A stretch of 64,000 nucleotides of DNA from Yuukianura sp. NJ FZ-2021 (Eukaryota). The stretch's first letter is position 1. Every line of letters starts with the position of its first letter. The stretch is taken from assembly GCA_046563655.1 (NCBI GenBank), contig CM102283.1:3162001-3226000 (forward strand), in the 5' to 3' direction. The notes below the pieces were generated by a model. That model was not told the DNA's origin, ran no database searches, and saw only the letters and a list, made by a program, of their open reading frames with translations. Made by a program: the position numbers and the translations under genes. Positions 1 through 11,590 of the stretch are shown piece by piece.

Positions 1-78
1 CGGTTCATTTATTAAAAGCATGACAGTTAACAAAATGATCTCGTAGTCGTAATTGTCATTGTTAGTCTTTCTCTTTAC

Positions 79-247
79 CGTAACCAATCATTTGACCAGA
101 AGCTGTTTCTACTTTTTGGATGTACTCTGGCCATCGAGCCAAGTAGCTCATGTAAAATGAAAATCCGTATGTCTCCGTCAGTGCATCGAACTGGACTTTG
201 TTGTATTTCAGAAGATCCCAGCATGTGAACGGGACTAGGGTCACCAT
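79..247 (-). CDS. NAA20: N-alpha-acetyltransferase 20-like (NatB catalytic subunit), first coding exon; gene continues off the window start
   Basis: MVTLVPFTCWDLLKYNKVQFDALTETYGFSFYMSYLARWPEY resembles the NAA20 N-terminus (F.C.DL..FN...LD.LTETY...FY..YL..WPEY). GT donor at 78-77. Confidence 0.85.
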
Positions 248-1008
248 CTTGAATCTTTAAATCGTTTTTCCACCTAAGACAAACAAAAATCGATCGTCAT
301 GAACCGTAACACAGTGAGAGTGAGAGTGATAATAACCGGTGATCATAAACTAAACAGACGGTTGGTATTTACCTTTCAACGTCGTCCAGACCTTTACCCA
401 CTCCCACTGAGAGTAACTGGAGTTCTCAACCTAAGTATACTAATAAGGTAACAATTAATTAATTAAATTAACAAATGAACAATCAATTGATTCTGATTGA
501 GATGACGCCGAATAAATAAACATAAACAATGCGTGGATATTTTTTGAAATTGAATTGAGGAGTCTGAAAATGGTTTTTAACTTTCGCGCCTTTTTCTTTT
601 CACTTCATATTCAAATCTCTCTGTATTGCAAAGTACCGTTATTCTTTAAGGAAAGTAACGTAATTAAATTAGAGTTAATTAAGTTAATTTAAAGTAATTA
701 ATTTACCATTAAATTAATTACACCTAATAAGTGAATTCGTGACTTTGTTTCGGAGAAAGGCATATACTGTGAGGTTTAACTCGGGTTTTTACCGTTAGCT
801 CGTCACGTGACTCTTTTGAGTATGACGTCACGTAACGGTTCTTTACACACAATGCCGTTAGCCCAGAGTTCATTGAACTTTTCCTTTGTCTCGTCATTCT
901 CCGTCTTCTTCTTCAGCAGATCTGATGTCTCTTGTCTCCCTGTCTCCAATTGGTCATCGTCAATTGATCCAGTATCCAGTACTTCCAGTATTTCACCTGT
1001 TTCGAACC

Positions 1009-1510
1009 ATGGCAGCATCAGAGGTCGTTGGACAACAACAAGCACAAGAAGATTCCTACACAAATCAGAGTCCAAAACCGGCCGAATCGAAGTCACCTCC
1101 TGGCACGGCTACTGCCGACGGTAACTGTATGGTTGAACCCTTGAAAAGTTTGAAATTACTGAGGAAGGTGGCTCCGACTCCACCACAACCAGCTCCATCC
1201 AACCTTGCAACGATTACGGTACGCGGAGGATCCGATTACCTTGTGGCACTTTGTAAAGGTGAAAACAGAGATGCTACTATTCGGGCATGGGTGACGGATA
1301 CTCTTCCGGGAAAACCCCTTTCCGAATCGGGACAAATCGCATTGGCTCGTGGTAAGTAAGTGGCAGTGCTCAACTTTTAAAACTCAATTACTGTTGTCTG
1401 TAAATCTGTAAACTTAACCAGGTTTTGCTTCCTTTGTCACAGCTCTACTAATCAAACGCATGGACAAAATGGACAAGAATAAGAGCAAGGGGTTGAAGCG
1501 GCTGTGCTGA
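1009..1510 (+). CDS. Hypothetical protein (~136 aa, 2 exons), divergent from NAA20
   Basis: ATG 1009; GTAAGT donor at 1352; CAG acceptor at 1442; in-frame TGA at 1508-1510. No recognised domain. Confidence 0.35.
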
Positions 1511-1936
1511 AAAAGTAATCCGTTAGCGAACAAGAATCATTCAGAAAATTGCGTGCGAACCGCCAATAATCAGCAGGTGAGGGTGACATATAGTATTTGA
1601 GCTAGGTATAACTATTTCAGATTGATTGATGAATTGTTAAATGTTAACGTTTTATTAACGTTATGTGCGCTAACATTGGCAGGTCCGGAGTGTCGAGTCC
1701 ATAAGTCAGTGACTTTCGTCAATCAAGCATCAATTCATCAGTCGTAACATCGGTCTCAATTACTCAGTCTACGTCAACTAATCAACTCACATGCAATCAC
1801 TCCACGTACCGTCACAGATGATAGAAGTACCGGTAATCCCAAGAGAATTTGTGCTCAACAATCAAGCAAGGAATAGGAGTCAATCAAAATGTTTAATGAA
1901 TAGTGTAACCCATTATGTTAGAATGTTTAGTAAATT

Positions 1937-4605
1937 TTAGAGATTGGATCCGGTCACTTGGTTCACATAGTCCAGAAAGGCCGTAGTTCGTGTAAACCCG
2001 ACCGGTAATCCTCCTTGGCAGGTCAGGGATCCAAAGGAAACGATTCCAACCTGCATCACGTAAGGTCCAAGTGGTCCAACTCTCTTTACCACAAGTGGAC
2101 CACCGCTGTCTCCCTATTACAGTAGTCAAAGTTTAATAAGAATGTTAGTTTTAGTTGATTAAGTTTAATTAGTAATCGTTAGTTTATGTTTTACCTTGCA
2201 TGGTGACGCATCTCGTTGCGTCTCTACGCATATTTGATTGCCAGTTATAATGCCACGGAAAGTGTTGCGACAAACTCCGTTGTTCAATACCTTTACCTCG
2301 GCCTCCTTCAGATACGGGTTTACTCCAGCAGCATCTGAACATAGTATTAACTTTTACTTTTAACTTTTCAACTTTTACTTTTAACTTTTTAACTCTTACT
2401 TTTAACTTTTTAACTCTTACTTTTGACTTTTAACTTTTTAAAAAGTTAAAAGTGAGGGGTAAAAATAAAAAACTTTTAACGCTCACTTTTAACTTAAACT
2501 TTTAACTCTTTCCTTTTTACATTTAACTTTTTCACTTTTAACTTATTACTTTTAACTTTTTAACTTCGCACTTACTATCAGAGTTCTTGCCCCATCCAGT
2601 AACTTTTACTTTTTCATCGTCGAAGAATCTAGCAATGGAGTACCGGTTTGGAAGGCAAATGGGTCTTATGCGATCTGTATTTAAGTATTAATATATTTAA
2701 ATATATTTTAACTTTAATATATTTAAATATATTCCTACTTACCTGTATAGGTGATAGGTTCTGGAAGGCGGAGAATACTAATGTCATGCGTGATCGTGTT
2801 TCCGTTGTACTCTGGATGCTGGAAGATATGGGACCGCGTAATGTTAAAAATTTGACGCCCATCTTCAATGCTCTTGTTCGCTTTTATGTTGTGTGTTCCA
2901 AGGAGAATCGTTATGTCATTGGCCTTGTCTGTACAGTGAGCTGCAATTTTAATTAAAATTAAGTTAATTACTAATGAAACTAATTTAATTGAGGTTAATT
3001 TATATTTTCGGAATCCTTTTAAATTTTGTTACCGGCAGTGAGAATGTACTGGTTAGAAATCAAGGAACCTAAAAATTTAAGTAAGATGTTCAATATTTTT
3101 AAGTTAGCAAGTAAAATCATGATTTTAAAATTCTTGAATTTTGAGTTTTTCGAAATTTTGAAAATTTAAAAAATTTTGAATTTTACCGCCACAGAAGTGT
3201 TTGCGGTCAATGAGTAGGGCGACCATCCAAGGGTATGCGTACTTAAGGGCTTCGTTTCCACCTACGATGTGATCTTGTATCTGCACTCTCTGTTTGCCAT
3301 CTTCAGTTGCAGCGGGGTTTGACGGGGGTTGTTGCGGCATGATGACGGGGACAAGTGGGGGCTGGTTGGACCCCGCGGCGGGGATTTCGGATGGTGGGGT
3401 TGTGGGGTCAGTGGGGATCGGGATTCCTTCGGGCAGTTTTGGCGGTGGAGTGGATGATGGCATGTAAGCAGGTTGACCACACAAGCCTTTTTTTCAAAAA
3501 AATTTTATTTGTGTTTTTTTTTCTCTTAAAGTGTTTCATTTTCAAAATTTTGTGCATAATTCTGTTTTACCGTCAAAAACTGGAGGTTCAAAAGCAGCTA
3601 GGTTTTCGTCAGCGGGAATGACCTACCATTTTTTTTGAGTTAAATTTTGTTTTCAAGTCATTTTATAAAATAGTTTTTTTCAAATTTCGAAATTTTGAAA
3701 CCTACCAAATATTGCAGTTTGAATCCCCGGAAGTTGAAGAGTGACGAAGACCGAAATCGGACTCCGAATTTGTTTTCATCTGACATGAGGATCATTGGTG
3801 TTTTCCCATTCATGTCTCCTGACATTCTAAAGTAAATTCAAATTCAAAATGACTTTTTCAGCACCGTGTTTCAAAAATTTGAAATTTTGAAAAATTTTAC
3901 CGATCCACTGTACTAAAATTTCCATCTTTGGATACCATTACGTAGTCAAAGTAGGCAAAAAACCAGGGTTGCGTAACAATGTCAAAGAAAACGACTTGGA
4001 TCTTTGACCCAGGCAAGGACTACACAAAATACATTAGATTACATGTTGGCAAAGGTCAAAGGTCAATGACCTTCAACAAAGGTCAAAGTTCAATGACTTT
4101 TACTCAAGGTCAAAGGTCAATGACCGTTTGTGCATTACCTCTAAATACCATTCGCAAGACAGTCGAGCAGGATAGTTTCTTGGATAATTCGGAGTCGAAA
4201 CGCTGCCAAAATCGCCAATTTTGAGACCGGTTCGATTCTCACTGCATTCTAAAAATATGTTAAACACAATTAATTATTTTATATACTTATTATAATTTTA
4301 ATTTAAGTTGACCTTTGACCTTACCATTCAACGGTTGAAATGCTCCACTGTATTGTTCATTGTGTGTGAATTTGGCTTGTGAAGATTCTGGAGCCCAAAC
4401 GTCCGGTGTTCTGAACAGAGGATGTCTCGGTGTTGCATCCAAAAACAGTTGCATCAACTCTTCATTTCTTCCCTAAAGTAAATTTCAAAAACGAAAAAAT
4501 TAACTTTTTCAAAAAAGTTTTCAAAATTTTGAACCTTACATTGACAATGGCGAGAGCAACGGAAAGGACGAGGCAAACGAGCAAACTTTTCGGTAACATT
4601 GCCAT
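1937..4605 (-). CDS. Secreted CUB-domain chymotrypsin-like serine protease (multi-exon)
   Basis: Signal peptide MAMLPKSLLVCLVLSVALAIVN; CUB motifs STPNYPRNYPARLSCEWYL and FRSSSLFNFRGFKLQY; Pro-rich linker; IVGG, LTAAHC, HDISIL and CKGDSGGP (intact triad); TAA at 1937-1939. Confidence 0.9.
2345..2570. repeat. Intronic low-complexity tandem repeat (ttttaac/ttttact units)
   Basis: Repeated units seen directly inside a protease intron. Confidence 0.8.
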
Positions 4606-5133
4606 TTTTTGTAAAAGTTGCAACAGAAAATTGCAAACCGTTTTCGTCACTCCTATTTGTAGACTCCAAAGTCACCTTTTGCACTAAACTCACCTGAGAC
4701 TTAATTAACTAACTTAATTAATACAATTAATAATTAATTTTATAACATAATTAATTCAATTCACACTTGGACACAAACGCTTTCCATCAACTCTCTCCAG
4801 ACTCATTGTTAATTAATTAACAAAACTCAATTAACTAAAGCTTAAGTTATTTAGAAATTTTGGAAAAATTTTGAGGTCATTCAACTTTTTTTCCGAATTT
4901 GCTCAACAGATGAAGTTTTTACTACGTTCAGCTTTTTTGTTTCTTCCTAATCTAGTAACATTTTTTTTTTTGCAATAAATTGCATTTATTTTGCAGTTTG
5001 CATACTTTTAGACCACCAAATTTCAAATTTGATGATATTGGCGGCTAAACATAAACTTATGTACATGCTGTGATTTTGAAGTTTTGTGACCTCGGTTGAC
5101 CTTTGACGACTCAAAATGAAGGTCAATGCTACT

Positions 5134-6164
5134 CTACAGAGAACTGCTGACTTCCATCGTTCGTGGAACGACGGGCAGAGGTGGATCGTCGACCAGAAAT
5201 TTGGCGCCAATTTTTGAATGGTCCACCAAGCGATTTGCTGGACTGACAAGAAGTGACCTCACTCTGTTTTGTGCAGGAGTCAATGAGAGAAGTGGACCAC
5301 CTCCATTGTATTCCAATGACTCTTCACTTCTGCTCTCCTCTCTCACACAAGTTTCATCAAAAGTACATGTTACTATGAACAGGTCAAAGGTCAGTGTCAT
5401 CAACAAAAATTCAAAATTTTGAAATCAGAAATTTCGAAATTCTTGATTACCTGAACTGCAGCAAACCTTGTGTGCAGCACATTGGCCATTGATTGACACT
5501 CCAGAATTCCCACTGCATGATTTTCCTGGATTTTGACACATCGAAGTGTAACGAGCTTCCAGAACACAAGAGACTGTTTCAAAATATGTTATTATAATAA
5601 AATATTTTATTATACTAAAATATGTTATTGTAATAAAATATTTTGTTATACTAAAATATATATGTTATTGTAATAAAATATGATATAATATATTATAATT
5701 TGGGTAGAACTTAACCTGTTTCTGGTCCTCCTATTAAACAGCCAAATTCATTTGAACAACAAATGTTTGGGCCGTAGCAGCTAATTACAACAGTAATAAT
5801 TTTTAATTAATTTCATAACTTAATTAACTAAGTAAAAGGATTTTAAAAGCCTACGAAACGTACCGTCCAGCTCTATTTGTGCCACACGACTCGCATTCCT
5901 GTAAATAGGAGTTTAGTAAACAAAAAATTATAAATTAACAATTCAAACTTCATGAATTTTTTTTTGAAAAAACCCTTTGAAAAAAGTTTTCAAAATTTTG
6001 AAGTTTACCCTTGTAATAAGTGGAGGTGAAACAGCACGTTTTCCGCCTGGTGGACAATTCGTGATGAAGCATCCAGTAGCAGAAGCCACTGAAATCAGAA
6101 GAACCAAGCAACCAGTACTTTTGCCAAGTACGAGCATCATGCTTGCCCAGTACTCTTGTACCAT
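5134..6164 (-). CDS. Oxytocin/vasopressin-like (inotocin-type) neuropeptide-neurophysin precursor
   Basis: Signal peptide, CFITNCPPG-GKR, then Cys-rich neurophysin over small exons (CESCG..CYGPNICC..GC..C..C..C..C..CC..C..C) and a C-terminal extension. Confidence 0.95.
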
Positions 6165-6859
6165 TCAAAATACTTGTCCAGCACTGTTGTAGCAGTCAAA
6201 AGATTAAAATTTTTAACAGCCAAGAAATAAATGCTCAGGTTTTGCCCAAAACAAGACTTTTTTTAAATTTTTAAACTTTCAATATAAGGTGCCCTACTTA
6301 AGAGGAGGAAAATCCAAAAATTGTTCAGGAACGGAAAAATAGCATCTGAATGGTATTGACGCCTGTTTTTAAAGGAACGTCTTCAGACAATTCAGAAATG
6401 CGCGGGCGCTGATTCATTTTTCAAATCCACGACGTGATGCTGGTTTTTGGAAGAAAAAAAAATAGAATTTGAGACAAACAAAACCGAAATATGTACGAAG
6501 ATTGCACATTAAGTGAAGCAAAACTTCAAAAGTTCATAGATTCAAAATCCTTTTGTTCTACTGAAAATTTTTGTTTTTTCGTACAAACCAGATTTTGAAC
6601 ATTTTTTTTATTTCTGAATGTCTTTTTGTAACTTTAAAATTCTTGTCACGATAAAGTCGAGAAGAAAAGGAGAAATTTCAAACTTCAATTTTTTCAACCT
6701 TTTGTATTAAAAAAAATATTTTTTCCTTTGATTTTTATTTTCAAAAGGCACGAATTCCGGATTTTCGGATTTAGCTCACGTGACCTCCAGAACTAGTGGG
6801 CGGGGCTTGTGATATGATTCACTTTTAGACACTCTATCTACACAGCTCACAAGGTTGAC

Positions 6860-7115
6860 CAAGGTTCCTTGACAACCGAAAATAAACTTCCTTTACCAGG
6901 TTGAGTACTACCTCGCTCGTTCACAAAACGAAAAAACAACTAAAATTGATACGAATCCAAAAAACTGGTACCAATTCGCATGCAAAATTTAAAAAATTCG
7001 GCTGTATTTATGACTACGATACCATGAAATGAAAGACACTCTTTTTTTTTAGAAAATCAAAAAGACAAGAGGGATTACTCAACCTGTTAAAGAAAATCAA
7101 AGTCAAACAACCTTG
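6860..7115. mobile_element. CAAGGTTG-family MITE, degenerate copy just past the stop of the CAMSAP-CH gene
   Basis: Ends caaggttcc...caaccttg; internal inverted repeat caggttgagta/tactcaacctg; similar to the 17229 copy. TSD not clear. Confidence 0.6.
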
Positions 7116-7118
7116 ACC

Positions 7119-10100
7119 TCAAAACCTGCGTGATGCTGACAAATTCCCTTGGGTCAATCGGTTGACCCGTATGATTGGATTGACCTCTAGATGTGTGAAG
7201 AGGTCAATGAGGAAAGCCAAGATGTTTTGCTTCATGTAGCCATGGACGTACAGAAAGTCGGTCACTTTCAAATGGTAAATTTTTTGCGGGAAAAAGTCGT
7301 TGCATAATTTTTGAATCAGAGTGTGGTTGAGTGTCATGTGATACAGGTTGAGCACTTCGCCGGGTTCCGGAACTGCGATGTCTTCCAGCCTCACGTCAGA
7401 GGCAAAGTACAAAGCAAAGAGCGCAGAAATTCCAACGCCGTCACAGAGGTCACGGATTTCCGTCACGAGAGCCACGTTGAGCCACCGGAGAATGTGGGGC
7501 GTTGGTGGGGCATAAGGAGCCACAGGATCATAGCAGGATCCACGATTCTGTAATTCAAAGAAAAAAGTCAAAGGAATAGAGGGATCGAATTTCGAAAAAA
7601 AAAAGTCTTGTTTTTGCAACACGCCACTTTTTTCAAATTGGCGCCCTTTATTCTCGCACGTGAATAAAAACAGATTTTGAAATCCAACTCATTGTATTTC
7701 TTTCGAAATTTTATTTTATTTTCCTTGGAAGGCAGATCATCTTACGTTATTAAATTGGAAAAAAAAACTGTCGTTCAAAGAAGTAAAATTTTGAAAACGA
7801 AAGAATCGAAAAAAATGTGTTTTATAAAACTTTTTTCAAAGTGAGAAAAACGTTTCGCACCTGAGTAGCATGGATTTGAGAAGAAGCAAGAATGCAGGCT
7901 TTGAGCGTCGTCACTGCCGAATTAATCCAACTGATGATCAATTCTTCAGGAGTTTTGGCATCTTTAGAACAAATTACATAACATTACATAATTTTTACAT
8001 AACAGTACATAAATAACATAACATGATACATAACAGTACATAAATAATATAACATGATACATAATTCACATAATTTTAGGAATTTACCATTTTTGAGGGA
8101 GTGTCCGAAACTGTTGAGGATTAGTCGCACCCTGTCCTGCCTCACGAGTTCCGTAGCGTAGAGGCTCATCAGTGACTCAATCAAGGCCATATGAGCTGCC
8201 TATTTCAAAAATTTTTGAAATTTTGAAAAAAATTGGTTTTTGAAAAAGTATTTTGAATTTTTTTATGTACGATTCTCAATGGTCTTCTTTCACGTAGAGC
8301 TCCTTCAGTAAGTTTCATGTCTGACGGTTGAGCGTCATAGACTCCTTTTCGACTTAAAACCTTAATGATTTCCCAGAGAGACAGTTTTTGTGTGACCTTG
8401 ACCTGCGCAGAACTTTCTGATTGCAACTGCGCAACTCCGATTCCATCTGAAACAAGGTTGCTTTATCACCCATTTATACAACTGTTCTAACAGGTTACGT
8501 CATAACTCTCAGTTTTTTTTTTCAAAAAAATACGAAAAAGAAACAACAAATTTTGTACGAATCACATTGGCTTTACAAGGTGTGACGTCAACTTTGCAGG
8601 CAAATGCAAAAATCAAAACAAACATTTTTTAAAACAGGAGTTATGGCATAACCTGTTAAGACAAAGCAAACAAAATATTGAGTTAAACAACCTTGGTCTG
8701 AAACTGCTCCTGATTGGTTCCCGTACAAATTGACTAGCACAAGAGTATATAACTTCCCGTTGGTCAGATCACGAATCACTTCGTCCTTGAGTCTTAGCTG
8801 TTGTTTGTCCTAAGCGGAAAAATTTGAATTTTGAATTTCAAGCATTAGAATTTTCAAAAATTTTGAAATTTTTTAAATTTTGAATTACATACTTTTTTGG
8901 ACTCCTTGTAAGGACACAGTTGAGTAGAATTTGGGGGGAGATTTTCAAAAGCTTTGGCGAGTAGCCACGTGATTGAGGCTTCCTTTTTGGACTAAAAATT
9001 TGTATTGAAATACCTCAAAATGTTTCAAAATTTAAAATTTTGCATTTTTTTTCAAAATTTTGAAACTTACTTCCCACCAAGGAGCTGAAAATTCTTTAGG
9101 CCTTTTGTGTAACCAAATAAACATGCGTTTTGTTCTCTCAATCGTAGTGTTCGAAGTTGGTCCAAAATTTCGGTTTTTGGCTTCCGACATTTCCCGCCAG
9201 CATCGCCAGCATTCTCCTTCAATTTCCAGGGGAGTTGTGCTTTTGAAATTGGCGGAATACAGTGACTCTAAATCACTCCATCCCATGCATGGATCAGGAG
9301 CCAACCAGCACTTGGGATGCGCATGACTCTGATTTTGAGTCTGCGCATGTGCAGTTTGTCCTGTTCTGAAATTAACACCGTCTTGTTGTGGTAGAGCTGC
9401 GCACAACTCGTCTTCTTCGTCTATCGTACACAGTGGAACAGTCGGTTTTTGCTGAGCTTGAGGTTCGGGAAGTGTCGGATCAATCCGGAAATTTTCCGAG
9501 TTGTGCACCGTATTTGTTGATTCCGAGTTGACATTGTTTGAATTCTGCCGTTCTGCACATGTGCAATGACAATCACAGGTTTTATTTGGTGGCGAAATTT
9601 CGGAAACGCCGGAACGAAACGAACGGTACGAATTTCCGGTTTTTGTTTTCGATTTTGAGTGTTTCACGAACTTTGGTTTTCGCCGAACCATTTTGGATTT
9701 TTTGGGAACCGACGAGGCACAGGGAGCTTGAAAAGCTAGTCGTGGAGAACTACCTACGCAGTAAGGTTTATTTTGAGTTGTTTCTGCGCAGACACCTTCA
9801 GTTTGTTCATAAGGATTCCGATAGAGACCGCCACTTATGCATTCCTGGCATCCCGGACGAAACATGCAACCATGCTGGTCTTCATCTACCGTCGGAGATC
9901 CTGATTGTCTTCCTTGCGTCTGCGCAGATCCCGAACCTTTTCCGGAATCAGCCGAAGTTGCCGTAGTTGTAGAAGTTTTTCGCAGTTTCGATTCACTTTC
10001 AGTTGGAGACGAAGAATTTGAATGATAGTTTTGAATTCCGCGGCAATTTTTATTCGAATTTGAATTTCCCACTGGACTGTGGAAACTCCCGCCAATCAGA

Positions 10101-11590
10101 ATCGAGAGATCGCGGAGTTGTTGGAGTGCTGAAGTTGAAGCGTCTGTGCTTCTACAGTTTCCAGCAATAGAATCAACTGAGGAAAGTGTAGAGTAAGTGT
10201 CATGTGGTTTGGCATGGCCGCAAGGTAGAATCGCTGCAGCGACGTACGTTTCGTATCCGGTACATTTACAAAACGATTCGTTTCGTTTCGGTTGAGCATG
10301 AGCAGATTTCGTTTCTTCAAACTCCGGATTTTCTGAAAAACGCAGCGTCTTTTTGGCTTCTGCACATGTGCGAACTGTGGTTGGAGTTGGACGAATACCG
10401 GACTTGAAAATGAAACAGTCAGTGTTGTTATTGGGAGAAGACGTGGAACCGACTCCGGAAGACGATTCGGGCGAACTCGGAGACCGGTTTGAAGTCGTCT
10501 TGGGATGAGGTTTGAACAAAACCGAATCGAAACTTTCAAGTAAACTGTCACCGTCGGGGTCTTTGACCTCTTGAAGGTCAGAGGTCACGTGAGACTGTGA
10601 GGCTTCTCTGATTGGCTCTTCCGAAACGGTACGAATGTTTCCGGTTCCGGCCGAATCTCTTCGGGAAAAGCAAGTACCGACCGACTTCGGTTCTGCACAT
10701 GCGTTTCTTTCTGGACTACTGCGTTCCATCGGAACATAAACCATTCCAAAACTTGGTAGATAACCTTGACCTGCACCGTGACTTTGACCAGTACCGTGAC
10801 CTGCACCGTGACCTTGACCTGCACCGTGACCTTGACCTGCACCTTGACTTTGACTTTGGCCAGATCGACACGAATAAGAACTGACGGAACTCTCAGAATC
10901 CAAATCCAAACGATACTCTTCATACGACACTCCATTAGTTTCCGGAAAGTGCCGAACTCTGCGATTCGGAACAAGAACTTTAATTGTTTCGGATTCTTTC
11001 GGTAAACTTCTCATTTGTGTCAGTTGATGCCGGGAAGACTGTGCGTTTTCATCATTTGAATTTTTTGAATTCAAATTTTTCCCGCCACAATTTGAAATTG
11101 GCGGTTCGTCCGGTTCAGAATCGGAGCTTCTCCAGGTTTCAGTGCTCGGCAAAGAGTCGTAACTATGGTGACCAAGTTTGTGCCGTCTTCGGGTACCGTC
11201 AGAGCAGTTCGATTTTTTGTGATTGTTGTAAGGGTAGTCATACCCCCGATTACTCTGATTGTTCGGTATGATTACAGTCAACGGTTGTTTTAAAACTGAC
11301 GATACTTCTGTACCGTCGATTGACTTTCCTGTGTTTTGATTGGTCGATTTTCCATACTTTGATCCATAAGTCACTTGATTGTTGTTGTTCTGAGCATGCG
11401 CAATAGGATTTTTGAACGTTGGAGCAGAAGATGCTGATCCAGCATCGTCACCGCCGCGGCGTCCATAAATTCTTGCTTGCAGCTCCGCCTTCGCTTCCAA
11501 AGCAATTCGCGGTCCCCATTTGGAACTTGCCGATCCGCCAGCACTGCTCGGTCCACGGCTCAACTTTTTCTTCAGTTTTCGTCCGTACAT
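7119..11590 (-). CDS. Protein with a long low-complexity N-terminus and a C-terminal CAMSAP/Patronin-type N-terminal/CH region
   Basis: Large exon 11590-9071 splices in phase 0 to SKKEASITWLLAKAF. Later exons give LSLWEIIKVLSRKG, PLRIAAHMALIESLMSLYA and DLCDGVGISALFALY...FLYVHGYMKQNILAFLIDLFTHLEVNP, resembling Patronin N-terminal and CH motifs. Start codon uncertain. Confidence 0.75.
8453..8695. mobile_element. CAAGGTTG-family MITE forming a coding-region intron (8447-8691, minus strand)
   Basis: Perfect 8-bp TIR CAAGGTTG/CAACCTTG; TSD atctgaaa/gtctgaaa; internal inverted repeat aacaggttacgtcataactc/gagttatggcataacctgtt. Confidence 0.85.
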
